Shown: positions 1 through 9,474 of the stretch, piece after piece | Layout of the letters: each line of letters starts with the position of its first letter | How positions within the stretch are numbered: the first letter of the stretch is position 1 | From: Candidatus Thorarchaeota archaeon SMTZ1-45 | GTDB lineage: Archaea; Asgardarchaeota; Thorarchaeia; Thorarchaeales; Thorarchaeaceae | Reading direction: 5' to 3' | Assembly: GCA_001563335.1 (NCBI GenBank) | Contig: LRSL01000019.1 | Span: forward strand, 1 to 58,929 | DNA length: 58,929 nt | The notes under the pieces: model-generated | Databases searched by the model: none | What the model was told of the DNA's origin: nothing | The model's input: the letters and a program-made list of their open reading frames with translations, nothing else | Made by a program: the position numbers and the translations under genes

Positions 1-1008
1 ATCACCACTACGACACTTCTGCTCAATATCAGCAAGGTCGTTGTCATCAGGCATAAATATGAAGTTATAATACTTGAAAACACTGCACACATCTGGATTT
101 GCTCCGAGCTCTCTCTGTTCCTCCACAGTTGTTCGTCCACCGGTGAATGCCGCCATGACTTTTTTCTTCGCCATCTTTGGGGTATCCGTTGTAAAGACTG
201 CAGACATTGGGTCAGATGATGACATCTTTCCTCCCTCCTTGAGACCAGGCACAAATGAGCATTGAATACTTGCTGGTTTGTAATACCCAAGTCGTTCTGC
301 AATATCCCGCGTCACGCGCCAGAATGGGTCCTGATCAATTGCACAAGGAATGATGCAGGGAGTATTCTTGCCATAAATCCAGGAATGCAAGAATGCTGGA
401 ACCGCTTGAATTGCTGGATGCCAAGTCGAACCAATATTTGTGCTATTGTCGAATCCAAAAACAGCTTTCACAGTGGAGAATGTGACCTTCTTCGCAACTT
501 CTACTGCAATCTCATATAGAAGGTCGATATGTTCAATGTCTTGAATGATATAAGTGTCTTCAGGCTGAAATCCCAGTGCTAAGAGATCGAGTGTGTTGTC
601 ATAGGTGAATTTTCGGACATCATCTAGACTGAGATGAGGTTCGAAGAAGTATTTCTCGTCATTTGTCATTTGGAAGTATAGTCTAGTGTCAAACTTTTCC
701 TGCATCCATTTTGTGAATATCCAAGGAACTAGATGACCAATATGAGTGATACCACTTGGACCTCTTCCTGTGTAGAGTACGAACTTGTTGCCTTTCTCAT
801 ACTCAGTCAGAATCCAACCGAGGTCTCTGTGCGAAAAAAAGAGATTTCGTTCAAGCAGGAAGTGTTTCTCTTTAGTAAACCTATACATTTGGTTCCTCAA
901 ATCTTCTGTAATTCTTTCGGTTCCAAACCGTTCAATAAGACGGTCGTAGTCAACAATACCCTCAACTTCCCAAGGAGTGACTATGAAATCATCTTTTTCT
1001 TCATCCAT
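1..1008 (-). CDS. trpS: Tryptophanyl-tRNA synthetase (archaeal/eukaryotic type), 3' end outside window
   Basis: Not in ORF track. Manual translation from ATG 1008: MDEEKDDFIVTPWEVEGIVDYDRLIERFG...LFFSHRDL...LYTGRGPSGITHIGHLVPW (HIGH motif) and later GGKMSSSDP (KMSKS motif). Confidence 0.95.
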   Translation of the reverse strand, partial: MDEEKDDFIVTPWEVEGIVDYDRLIERFGTERITEDLRNQMYRFTKEKHFLLERNLFFSHRDLGWILTEYEKGNKFVLYTGRGPSGITHIGHLVPWIFTKWMQEKFDTRLYFQMTNDEKYFFEPHLSLDDVRKFTYDNTLDLLALGFQPEDTYIIQDIEHIDLLYEIAVEVAKKVTFSTVKAVFGFDNSTNIGSTWHPAIQAVPAFLHSWIYGKNTPCIIPCAIDQDPFWRVTRDIAERLGYYKPASIQCSFVPGLKEGGKMSSSDPMSAVFTTDTPKMAKKKVMAAFTGGRTTVEEQRELGANPDVCSVFKYYNFIFMPDDNDLADIEQKCRSGD

Positions 1009-1136
1009 ATGGATGTACTTCCATTCATTTATCAGAGGTAAATGAGTTGGTGTGCCAATTAAGGGTGATGGTGTTTGGTATAAACAGTGTTGGTTATATT
1101 GAGAACTATAATCCTTGATGAGTAAGGTGAGTTTGT

Positions 1137-2558
1137 GTGTCGCGAAAAAGAAGACAATTCAAGAAAATGACTCCAAATAAAGTTCTGCGAGTCATAAAAC
1201 CCTTCAACCAGTTTATGCAGTACGAAGCTTCTGGTGGTATTCTTCTTCTCGTCTGTGTTATTATTGCTCTCTTAATATCAAACTCCCCAATAGGATTGTC
1301 TTACCTTTCTTTCTGGGAAACATATATTGGTATATCATTTGGTACATTCATCTTGACTAAGCCACTTGTATTCTGGATAAATGATCTTCTTATGGCATTC
1401 TTCTTCTTCCTCATTGGTCTTGAGATTAAACGTGAAGTCTTAATTGGTGAGCTTAGCAATCCGAGGGTTGCAATGGCGCCAATTATAGCTGCTATAGGAG
1501 GGATGGTAGTTCCTGCATCTCTTTTCATCATAGTGAATCCCCTAGGAAGTCAAGGAGCAGGAGCTTGGGCAATTCCAATAGCTACGGACATCGCAATTGC
1601 TCTCGGGCTTCTCTCAATCTTTGGCTCGAAGGTGCCAACTATGCTGAAGATATTTCTAACAACTCTGGCTATCGCAGATGACATCGGTGGTGTATTGGTC
1701 ATTGCATTATTCTATACATCTGAACTCTACCTCCTTCCATTATTTCTCGGACTTGCTCTACTATCCATCATGGTCATACTAAATCGAATTGGAATCAGAC
1801 AACTTCTTGTATACGCAGTTCTTGGGGTTGTTGTTTGGCTGCAGTTCTTGCTCTCTGGTGTCCATCCGACTGTAGCGGGGATTCTAATTGCACTAACAAT
1901 CCCAGCTACCACAAAAATTGATTATTCAGAATTTGTTGTTATTAGCTCTGATTTGGTGAAGAGAATTCAGGATTCGTGTGCTGAAGGAATAGAGAATATA
2001 GATTCTAAGAACTTTCAAGAAACCTCGGAAACTCTGAGATTAGCTTGTAGAGATGTAGAAGCACCACTTCAACTTGCAGAACATGGATTAACCAAATGGG
2101 TAGCTTTTGGAGTCATCCCAATTTTTGCATTAGCAAATTCAGGTCTTGCATTGTTTGAGCTCTCAGTTAATGAGATGTTCAACCCAATCGCGATTGGCAT
2201 TATTTTAGGCTTGGTGATTGGGAAGCCACTAGGTATTATTTCATTCATGTTGGTTTCAGTTAAACTAGGAATAATCGGTCTTCCTGAAGGAGTAAATTGG
2301 GAAACGATGATAGGTACAACTTTTTTGGCAGGCATAGGTTTTACAATATCCACCTTTATTGCCTCTTTAGCGTTGTCAGGAAGCCTATTGATGGGAGCTA
2401 AAGGAGCCATTCTACTTGCATCCTTTATATCAGGTTTATTTGGTGTTCTAGTACTAAGAAAAGCTCTTAGAGATTTGGAAATTCTCTCAATGCCCTATCC
2501 TCCAGTTGATCTTGGTCCACCAAACATAATCAAGAGCGAGGTTATTAGTGAATCCTAA
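1137..2558 (+). CDS. nhaA: Na+/H+ antiporter NhaA
   Basis: WINDLLMAFFFFLIGLEIKRE, WAIPIATDIA, TLAIADD (paired Asp), GKPLGI and GIGFT motifs. Confidence 0.95.
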   Translation: MSRKRRQFKKMTPNKVLRVIKPFNQFMQYEASGGILLLVCVIIALLISNSPIGLSYLSFWETYIGISFGTFILTKPLVFWINDLLMAFFFFLIGLEIKREVLIGELSNPRVAMAPIIAAIGGMVVPASLFIIVNPLGSQGAGAWAIPIATDIAIALGLLSIFGSKVPTMLKIFLTTLAIADDIGGVLVIALFYTSELYLLPLFLGLALLSIMVILNRIGIRQLLVYAVLGVVVWLQFLLSGVHPTVAGILIALTIPATTKIDYSEFVVISSDLVKRIQDSCAEGIENIDSKNFQETSETLRLACRDVEAPLQLAEHGLTKWVAFGVIPIFALANSGLALFELSVNEMFNPIAIGIILGLVIGKPLGIISFMLVSVKLGIIGLPEGVNWETMIGTTFLAGIGFTISTFIASLALSGSLLMGAKGAILLASFISGLFGVLVLRKALRDLEILSMPYPPVDLGPPNIIKSEVISES

Positions 2559-2654
2559 GTCAAATATAGGTCGAAGGTACAAAGAGTTACAATAAAAAGG
2601 TCTGAAATTCAGAACCACTAGCAATTGCACTGCAAATTAAAAGGAGATTGCATT

Positions 2655-2906
2655 ATGCGTATTGAAGAATATGAGTTCGAAGAGGAGAAGACGCTGAGTA
2701 ATCTCGCAGATCTACTCATCGAAATTGCAGAACAAATACGAGCAGGAGAGAAACTAGAACTCCCTATGCCCACTCTTAAGGAAGGTGTGATTGAGGTGCC
2801 ATTAGGAGAACCAATCGAAACAGGCATCGAAGTAACTATTCGACGCCACTTCATACATGTGGACTTTGCACTTTCTTGGAGAAGAAGGAAGATCAAGGAG
2901 GCATGA
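2655..2906 (+). CDS. Amphi-Trp domain small protein
   Basis: ATG 2655 after AAGGAGA. Amphipathic helix LADLLIEIAEQI, then beta strands ending in LSW. Confidence 0.65.
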   Translation: MRIEEYEFEEEKTLSNLADLLIEIAEQIRAGEKLELPMPTLKEGVIEVPLGEPIETGIEVTIRRHFIHVDFALSWRRRKIKEA

Positions 2907-2909
2907 ACC

Positions 2910-3533
2910 TTGTCAGATGAATACTTGGACAAATCATCTATTTTGAAACGAATTGGAGATATTCTTGGAGTCCAAGAAACCATAAGCGAATACCTTGACA
3001 AAAGACTTTGTCTCAATTGCGATGAAATTATAGATGAAGCCTGGGAAGGAAAACGGAAAGAAGCTTTCAAACATGTGAGGGGATTAATCGATAAGTATGC
3101 TTTTTCAAAACAGCTTCCCCCAAGTGAATTGGGCATTATGGCACAGTCCATGATTTCGCACCTATTGAATATTCAGCATACTTACCTCAGAGTTCTCGTA
3201 ATGTTGGATATGCTTCATGGAGAGGCTTTCAACGAGATATTCATGGATTCTATGTCAACAATCTCTTCAAAAGTTCATAAAATGATGATCGCTCTAAAGG
3301 AAATGGTTAATCAGAAGAGAGAGAATTCGGATGAATCTCATGAAACACTTGAGGTTCTTATAAGACTTGAAAGAGAAATCGATGAAGACAATATTGTCAT
3401 ATGTAGGCAGATATCCGTAGCAACAGGCGGCGACTCTGATTTCATTTGTTATATGATGAGGAAAATTGTTGCTGAACTAGAACATGTTTCAGATTACGTC
3501 AAAGAATGTGCTGAGATTCTTGCGGAGATTTGA
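2910..3533 (+). CDS. PhoU/DUF47-like helical protein
   Basis: All-helical, with LEREID and ELEHVSDY matching the PhoU E..D repeat motifs. Confidence 0.6.
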   Translation: MSDEYLDKSSILKRIGDILGVQETISEYLDKRLCLNCDEIIDEAWEGKRKEAFKHVRGLIDKYAFSKQLPPSELGIMAQSMISHLLNIQHTYLRVLVMLDMLHGEAFNEIFMDSMSTISSKVHKMMIALKEMVNQKRENSDESHETLEVLIRLEREIDEDNIVICRQISVATGGDSDFICYMMRKIVAELEHVSDYVKECAEILAEI

Positions 3534-3539
3534 TGATTC

Positions 3540-5285
3540 TTGATGCAAGCTGAGGAAATACCTACAACAATACTAGTAATAGTAGCTGGTATCCTCATCG
3601 GCGGTGTAGCCATTGCTAAAATCGCAGAAAGGTATAAGGTACCTCATCCTTTACCACTAGTCATAACGGGCTTGATTATGGGAAGAGTATTGGTTTTTTT
3701 TAATCCTACAAGTCCACTAGTACAAATTGCAGGATTTGATTTCATTGCTCAAATAACACTTGCAACAGTGCTCTTCTATGCGGGTCTTACTTTGAATTTA
3801 CGAGAACTTCGCCTTTCACTTGTCAATGTATTGCTACTAGCTACTATTGGTGTTCTTGCAACCTCATTGATTGGAGGGTGGATGTTACAGATATCGACAG
3901 CTGCGATTGCAATTCCAATCGGAGTAGCAGCATTCCTCATAGGTGCGATTCTATCACCAACGGACCCTGCAGCTCTATTCGCTGTTCTTGAAACAGGAGG
4001 CGTACGAGTAAAACGAAAGTTATTCTCAATTCTTGAAGGAGAAGCTGTCCTTAATGATGCGACATCAGTGATTCTTGTAATCACAGTCTTCGAGCCAATA
4101 GTTATTGCAGAGCTTGCTAATATTGCAGGGATAATAAATTGGGGACTAATTGCTGGTGAATTTTTAGCTAGTATGGGATTAGGGATTGTACTGGGATTTA
4201 TTGTTGCTCGTGGAGTTGGATGGGCAATTCCAAGAGCAGGAAATGATACTAATGTTTCAATCCTTACTGCAACCACTCCATTTCTTGCATATGGATTAGG
4301 AGAGCTCTTCACAATATTTTATATTCATCCAGGAGCACTGGCCGCAGTCTTTACCGGTATTTTCATGGCTAATGCACGGAGGACCGGACTTAAACCATTA
4401 CCACAGCGATCAATGAGGAGAGTCATGAAGAATGTATCATTCTTCTTTGAAATTGTTGTGTTCATTCTTCTTGGATATACACTGAGTGTACCACTCATCG
4501 AAGGAGATCGATCAACAGAAACTATAGCATTCATTCTCGCGAATCCAGCAATTATGACACTTGGATTAGTCATGGCGATTCTTGTGATTCTTGTTGCTAG
4601 ACCAATCTCTGTATTTCTTGTTACAGCTGGAGATAGGGCAATGGGAATCAAAGAGAGATTTTTCTTGAGCTGGGCTGGTGTGAAAGGAGTAGCAAGTGCA
4701 GCTCTTGCAGCTATTGCAGTCACAGTGATCATACGGTTTTCTCATATATTAGGGGGACAAACACAAGTAGATTATGTGACGGCGATTAAAATCGTAGTTC
4801 CAACAGTCTATGCTGTTGTTTTCATTGTTCTACTGGTCAGTTTGGTAGTGCAAGGATTAACTACCTCATACTTGGCGAATAGATTGGGTCTGATTGAGGA
4901 GAAAGATGAGGCAAAAGAAATCACTGTTCACCGTAATGCTACTAGACAAGCTCTTCTTCAACTTGTTGACGAATATACTGAAGGCAAGATAGACGCAGAG
5001 ATGTATGGTAGGTTTAAAGCTGAATTAGAAGAAGAGATATTCAACCTAGAGGCCGAACTTAGGAGGATTGTATCAGTTAGAAGGAGACAAATAAAGGAAC
5101 TAAGTGTCAGTGAGATGATCTATAGAAAGAAACTGGAAATCTATGAAAAAGAGTATGAATCTGGAAAGATTTCAGAAGCGGTATATCAAGATCTAAAGAA
5201 CCAGTTGGAAGCTGAGATTGAAGAGATTATAAATCGAATTGAAAGGCATGAAAGTCGAATTAAATATGAACCAGAAGAAACATAG
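3540..5285 (+). CDS. CPA1 (NhaP-type) cation/proton antiporter with charged cytoplasmic tail
   Basis: LSPTDP, EGEAVLND, ARP and SWAGVKG motifs; about 13 TM segments; C-terminal coiled coil. Confidence 0.9.
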   Translation: MMQAEEIPTTILVIVAGILIGGVAIAKIAERYKVPHPLPLVITGLIMGRVLVFFNPTSPLVQIAGFDFIAQITLATVLFYAGLTLNLRELRLSLVNVLLLATIGVLATSLIGGWMLQISTAAIAIPIGVAAFLIGAILSPTDPAALFAVLETGGVRVKRKLFSILEGEAVLNDATSVILVITVFEPIVIAELANIAGIINWGLIAGEFLASMGLGIVLGFIVARGVGWAIPRAGNDTNVSILTATTPFLAYGLGELFTIFYIHPGALAAVFTGIFMANARRTGLKPLPQRSMRRVMKNVSFFFEIVVFILLGYTLSVPLIEGDRSTETIAFILANPAIMTLGLVMAILVILVARPISVFLVTAGDRAMGIKERFFLSWAGVKGVASAALAAIAVTVIIRFSHILGGQTQVDYVTAIKIVVPTVYAVVFIVLLVSLVVQGLTTSYLANRLGLIEEKDEAKEITVHRNATRQALLQLVDEYTEGKIDAEMYGRFKAELEEEIFNLEAELRRIVSVRRRQIKELSVSEMIYRKKLEIYEKEYESGKISEAVYQDLKNQLEAEIEEIINRIERHESRIKYEPEET

Positions 5286-5337
5286 ACTGTGTGAAATATA
5301 GTAGCAAGAAAACAACAATGCGGGAGAGAGCAGGCTA

Positions 5338-8148
5338 ATGTCGCAAGAGAGGCCAGATGCATCGACTGAATTTATTGACTACAATGACTGTCTTTCAACT
5401 CTTGGAGCGAATCCTGAAGGATTGACTAGAGAACAAGCACAACAACGTCTTGTTGAATATGGTCAAAATAGCCTATCAATAGAGAAAGGTGATATTGCTT
5501 TAATCATGTTCCTGAGGCAATTCAAGTCACCGTTAGTCTATGTCCTTATTCTTGCGGCTGCAATTTCTCTACTTGGTGGTCATGCAGAGGATACTATAGT
5601 CATTGCCATAATTCTTGTGATAAACTCACTAATTGGTTTTACTCAAGAATGGAGGGCAGAAAAAACAATAGAGTCTGTTAAGAAACTAATTGAAGAAAAA
5701 TCAATAGTAATTCGAAACGGGGAAGAACTAGAGATTCCCTCAATAGAGATAGTCCCTGGCGACCTTTTGTTGTTGAACGCTGGTGAGAAAGTTCCAGCAG
5801 ATGCGAGAATCGTTTTTGAGAGGAATCTGCATGTCGATGAAAGTTTACTCACCGGAGAAAGTGTTCCAATAAAGAAAGATGTAATCTGTTTAATCGAGAA
5901 GCCTCATTATTACGAAGAGTTAAACAAAGTATTTGCGGGTTCTTTTGTCACCCAAGGAAGAGCCCGAGTACTGGTTGAAAAAACAGGAGATCAGACAGTA
6001 CTAGGAGAAATCAATAGGGAACTCCAAGAGGTAGAGAAGGAACCAACATCGATTGAGATTCGACTACGGCGTCTTAGTATATTCTTTCTTGGTCTTGCTT
6101 TCTCTTTTCTCATCCTCACACTACTTCTTGGGTTTTATAGACAGATAGAAACCTATGAACTGATTCTGTTCTCCTTATCATCACTTGTATCAGCCATACC
6201 TGAGGGCTTAATCGCGGTAATCACAATTGTTCTGTCAGTTGGCGTATACAGATTGTCCAGAAAAAATGTCATCGTAAGGAATCTTAGTGTGGTAGAAACC
6301 CTTGGACTCGTCAATGTGATTTGCTCAGATAAGACAGGCACTCTGACTCGAAATCAGATGATGGCGAGAAGAATATTCACACCAAACAATTACTACGAAG
6401 TGAGTGGCGTTGGTTTTGATGTAGAGAGTGGGAGTATTTTCCTTGAAGGATGCGGTCCAGAGGACTGTCTCCGTTCAGACCATCTTCATAAAGAGATAGA
6501 TGTGGAGATGAAAGCACCTATCAATCGAGAGGGTCTCAGAAAATTTCCAGATCTTGAAATGTTACTATCATACCTTGCTCTATGCAATGATTCAGACCTC
6601 TATACCGAATGCTTGACAGAGAATGATCCAATCAGAAAATGCACAGGGGAGGACCAGATTTGGAGAATTCGTGGCTCACCAACTGAGGCGGCCTTGATTG
6701 TTGCCCTCGAAAAGACAGGGCTTCACAAGTATGTTCTTGATGAATCATGGCCCAGAATTTCAGAAATCCCATTCACTAGTGATAGGAAATTCATGGCAAC
6801 TCTGCATAAACCAAGTTTAGCTGTTCAGGAAGACCATCCATCATTGGCAAATCAAGATTCGAATCTCTTGATTGTTAAAGGAGCTCCAGAAAGAGTGGAA
6901 GAATTTCTCAACAAGTCATCTGGTACCAAAGATGTTGTCAGTGACTTTGCATCCCAGGGGTTGAGAGTGCTATCTTGTGCAATACGTCACCTTCCAAAAG
7001 ACCATCTTCAAATTACGGAAAAAGACCTAGCTAGCATGGAATTCGTTGGCTTATGTGGAATCAATGACCCTCCACGGGAGGGTGTTAAAGACTACATCAT
7101 GAAAGCTGAGCGAGCTGGCATAGATGTGATAATGGTCACGGGTGACAACGAATTCACTGCAAAAGCTATAGGCAAAGAAGTAGGTATTTACAGACCAGAG
7201 AAGAATGATAGAAGTCTTGTAGGAGATATCATCGATGCAATGGATGATGATGAGCTTCGTCATGCGCTAGAACAGCGGTCGAACATACTTGCAAGAACTA
7301 ATCCAATTCACAAACTAAGGATTGTCAAAGCACTTCAAAATTCAGGAAAAATCGTAGCCATGACTGGAGATGGAGTGAATGATTCCCCAGCTCTTCGTCA
7401 AGCAAATGTGGGTATTGCAATGGGTATTACTGGAACCGACATAGCGAAAGAAGCTGCAGATATTGTCCTTCAGGATGAACGATTCGAGTCTGTTGTTGAT
7501 GGTGTTGACGAAGGTAGGCATATTCTCAATACATTCCGGAGAGTCGTACTCTTTCTGACATCGACAAACTTTGCTGAGAGTTTTGTTATTCTAGCTACGT
7601 TATTGCTATTTGTTAATCCAGTTCTCCTCCTACCTCTACAAATCCTCTGGGTCAACTTAGTCACTGATGGAATGCTGGATATTGCATTATCCCTTGAGCC
7701 AAAAGAGAAGGGTCTATTGGATCAACCACCCACCTCAATGGCTGAGAGGGTATTGTCACGGCAAACTATCTTGAGGGCTTTGTTCTACGGAGCTATTATG
7801 GCGATAATTGTCATGACAGTGTATTTTCTGTATCTTGGTCAGGGTGCAAAATTAAGAACAATGCTCTTTGTAAGCCTAATTGTGACTCAATGGTTTAGCA
7901 TTCAAAATTGTAGGTCACCAACGAAATCTGCTTTCACACTTGGAATATTAAAAAACAGGGTGATTTGGGTGGTATATGTTATTGACATTCTTCTTGTCGC
8001 AATCTTATTCATCTTGCCACCTTTGACAACACTCTTTGAATTGGTTCCACTAGCTCCCTTAGACTGGATTCTGGTTGTTGGTCTAGGAACACTTGTTTTT
8101 ATCATAGAAGAGGTTAGAAAGAGAGTAGCAATAAAAATGCAGAATTGA
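5338..8148 (+). CDS. P-type cation-transporting ATPase, P2A/SERCA-like (probable Ca2+ pump)
   Basis: TGES, IPEGL, DKTGTLT, KGAPE, DPPR, TGDGVND and QILWVNLVTDG motifs. Confidence 0.92.
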   Translation: MSQERPDASTEFIDYNDCLSTLGANPEGLTREQAQQRLVEYGQNSLSIEKGDIALIMFLRQFKSPLVYVLILAAAISLLGGHAEDTIVIAIILVINSLIGFTQEWRAEKTIESVKKLIEEKSIVIRNGEELEIPSIEIVPGDLLLLNAGEKVPADARIVFERNLHVDESLLTGESVPIKKDVICLIEKPHYYEELNKVFAGSFVTQGRARVLVEKTGDQTVLGEINRELQEVEKEPTSIEIRLRRLSIFFLGLAFSFLILTLLLGFYRQIETYELILFSLSSLVSAIPEGLIAVITIVLSVGVYRLSRKNVIVRNLSVVETLGLVNVICSDKTGTLTRNQMMARRIFTPNNYYEVSGVGFDVESGSIFLEGCGPEDCLRSDHLHKEIDVEMKAPINREGLRKFPDLEMLLSYLALCNDSDLYTECLTENDPIRKCTGEDQIWRIRGSPTEAALIVALEKTGLHKYVLDESWPRISEIPFTSDRKFMATLHKPSLAVQEDHPSLANQDSNLLIVKGAPERVEEFLNKSSGTKDVVSDFASQGLRVLSCAIRHLPKDHLQITEKDLASMEFVGLCGINDPPREGVKDYIMKAERAGIDVIMVTGDNEFTAKAIGKEVGIYRPEKNDRSLVGDIIDAMDDDELRHALEQRSNILARTNPIHKLRIVKALQNSGKIVAMTGDGVNDSPALRQANVGIAMGITGTDIAKEAADIVLQDERFESVVDGVDEGRHILNTFRRVVLFLTSTNFAESFVILATLLLFVNPVLLLPLQILWVNLVTDGMLDIALSLEPKEKGLLDQPPTSMAERVLSRQTILRALFYGAIMAIIVMTVYFLYLGQGAKLRTMLFVSLIVTQWFSIQNCRSPTKSAFTLGILKNRVIWVVYVIDILLVAILFILPPLTTLFELVPLAPLDWILVVGLGTLVFIIEEVRKRVAIKMQN

Positions 8149-8164
8149 TCTTGCTTGCTAGAGC

Positions 8165-8773
8165 TTAATCTGACTCCATTGGATCACTGGTTTGCTCAGA
8201 AGATACAGTATCACCTCTAGATTGTATTCGCTGTACCTTAATGTCAGTCCGACCAACAATCAATCGCACAAGTCCATTAGTAAGAAGTGATATGACTAGT
8301 AGAATAAGCATCGTTGAGAAGTTTATGCCTGGAAAAATGAAGACGAATGCTGCCAGATTGAGTGTTAATATGCCTGCAAGTACTTGTAACATTTGAATCC
8401 AGAGGGGTAATTCACCGAGAACTACGCCCAATACTATTCTTGAAAGTCCAACAAGTAGCATAGCGATAGCTGGGTAAATAATTAGAAGATTAGGCGGTAA
8501 TGAAATGAATAAGAATTCCATGAGTGCGATGACTATGAGGGCAACTCCTGTGACGAACATGAAAATTCGAGCATAGGTATGAGAGTGCATAATATAGACG
8601 CTCCAAACAATCCATGCAACACCCATTGCTACCAAGCCAATCAAAAAGATCTCGAGTGCATATGTGAAACTAAATGTAAGTTCAAGTACTGCAACTAAGG
8701 CAACCACTATGACTGCTATACCTATAACATCATCAAGTAGATGAATCCAAGATGGGTCACGCGACTCACTCAT
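8165..8773 (-). CDS. Six-TM membrane protein, HdeD/DUF308-like (paralog A)
   Basis: Hydrophobic 202 aa; aligns without gaps to the adjacent ORF. Confidence 0.7.
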   Translation of the reverse strand: MSESRDPSWIHLLDDVIGIAVIVVALVAVLELTFSFTYALEIFLIGLVAMGVAWIVWSVYIMHSHTYARIFMFVTGVALIVIALMEFLFISLPPNLLIIYPAIAMLLVGLSRIVLGVVLGELPLWIQMLQVLAGILTLNLAAFVFIFPGINFSTMLILLVISLLTNGLVRLIVGRTDIKVQRIQSRGDTVSSEQTSDPMESD

Positions 8774-8798
8774 ATGTTCATAGATTTTTAGTGGAAAA

Positions 8799-8812
8799 TT
8801 ATCTCTTTCGGT
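8799..8812 (-). promoter_or_regulatory. Putative BRE/TATA-like promoter of paralog A
   Basis: ACCGAAAGAGATAA on the minus strand, ending 26 nt before ATG 8773. Confidence 0.5.
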
Positions 8813-9421
8813 CTATCCAGAGTTGTGTTCGTCCGGAGATAATTCAAATTTGACCGACTCATCAGTCTTCTGCATTATTCTCTGTTTCACATCTGTACTA
8901 CCCATAATCAACCTCACAAGCCCATTCGCGATGAATGCAATAACTAAGAGAATGATGACTCCCTGAAAGTTAATACCAGGGAAAATAAACACCAAGGCAG
9001 CTAGGTTTACTGTTAATATGCCTGCGAGGACCTGCAACATTCGAATCCAAAGAGGTATTTCTGTAATAAAGAATCCAAGGACTAGTCGTGAACTACCGAC
9101 TAGTAGCATTGCAATTGCTGGGTATATAACCAGATAATCAAGAGGTAGTGAAATGAAAATAAAGTTCATGAGTGAGACGACGATAGCTGCAAATCCTGTG
9201 ATTAACATGAATATCCGAGCATAAAGATAGGCACGTAGTACATAAATTCCCATAACGATCCATGCGATGCCCATTGCAAATAGTCCGACTAGAAGGACTT
9301 CAAGCGCGTAGATAAAACTGAAAGCAAGCTCTAGTACCGCAACTATTGCAACTACTATTACAATAAGACCAACTACATTATCAAGAATACGAATCCAAGA
9401 TATGCTTAGCCTATCACTCAT
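8813..9421 (-). CDS. Six-TM membrane protein, HdeD/DUF308-like (paralog B)
   Basis: 202 aa; shares YARIFM, IYPAIAMLLVG, MLQVLAGILT and NGLVRLI with paralog A. Confidence 0.7.
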   Translation of the reverse strand: MSDRLSISWIRILDNVVGLIVIVVAIVAVLELAFSFIYALEVLLVGLFAMGIAWIVMGIYVLRAYLYARIFMLITGFAAIVVSLMNFIFISLPLDYLVIYPAIAMLLVGSSRLVLGFFITEIPLWIRMLQVLAGILTVNLAALVFIFPGINFQGVIILLVIAFIANGLVRLIMGSTDVKQRIMQKTDESVKFELSPDEHNSG

Positions 9422-9446
9422 ACAAAAACTGCCATAATCTTTTGAG

Positions 9447-9460
9447 TTATTTCTTTCGGT
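9447..9460 (-). promoter_or_regulatory. Putative BRE/TATA-like promoter of paralog B
   Basis: ACCGAAAGAAATAA on the minus strand, ending 26 nt before ATG 9421; 13/14 identical to the paralog A element. Confidence 0.5.
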
Positions 9461-9474
9461 TTTCTCATCACAAA

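Noticed and set aside
74-1041. Short plus-strand ORFs (74-265, 262-519, 733-1041)
   Set aside because: They are antisense to trpS, which has clear HIGH and KMSKS motifs.
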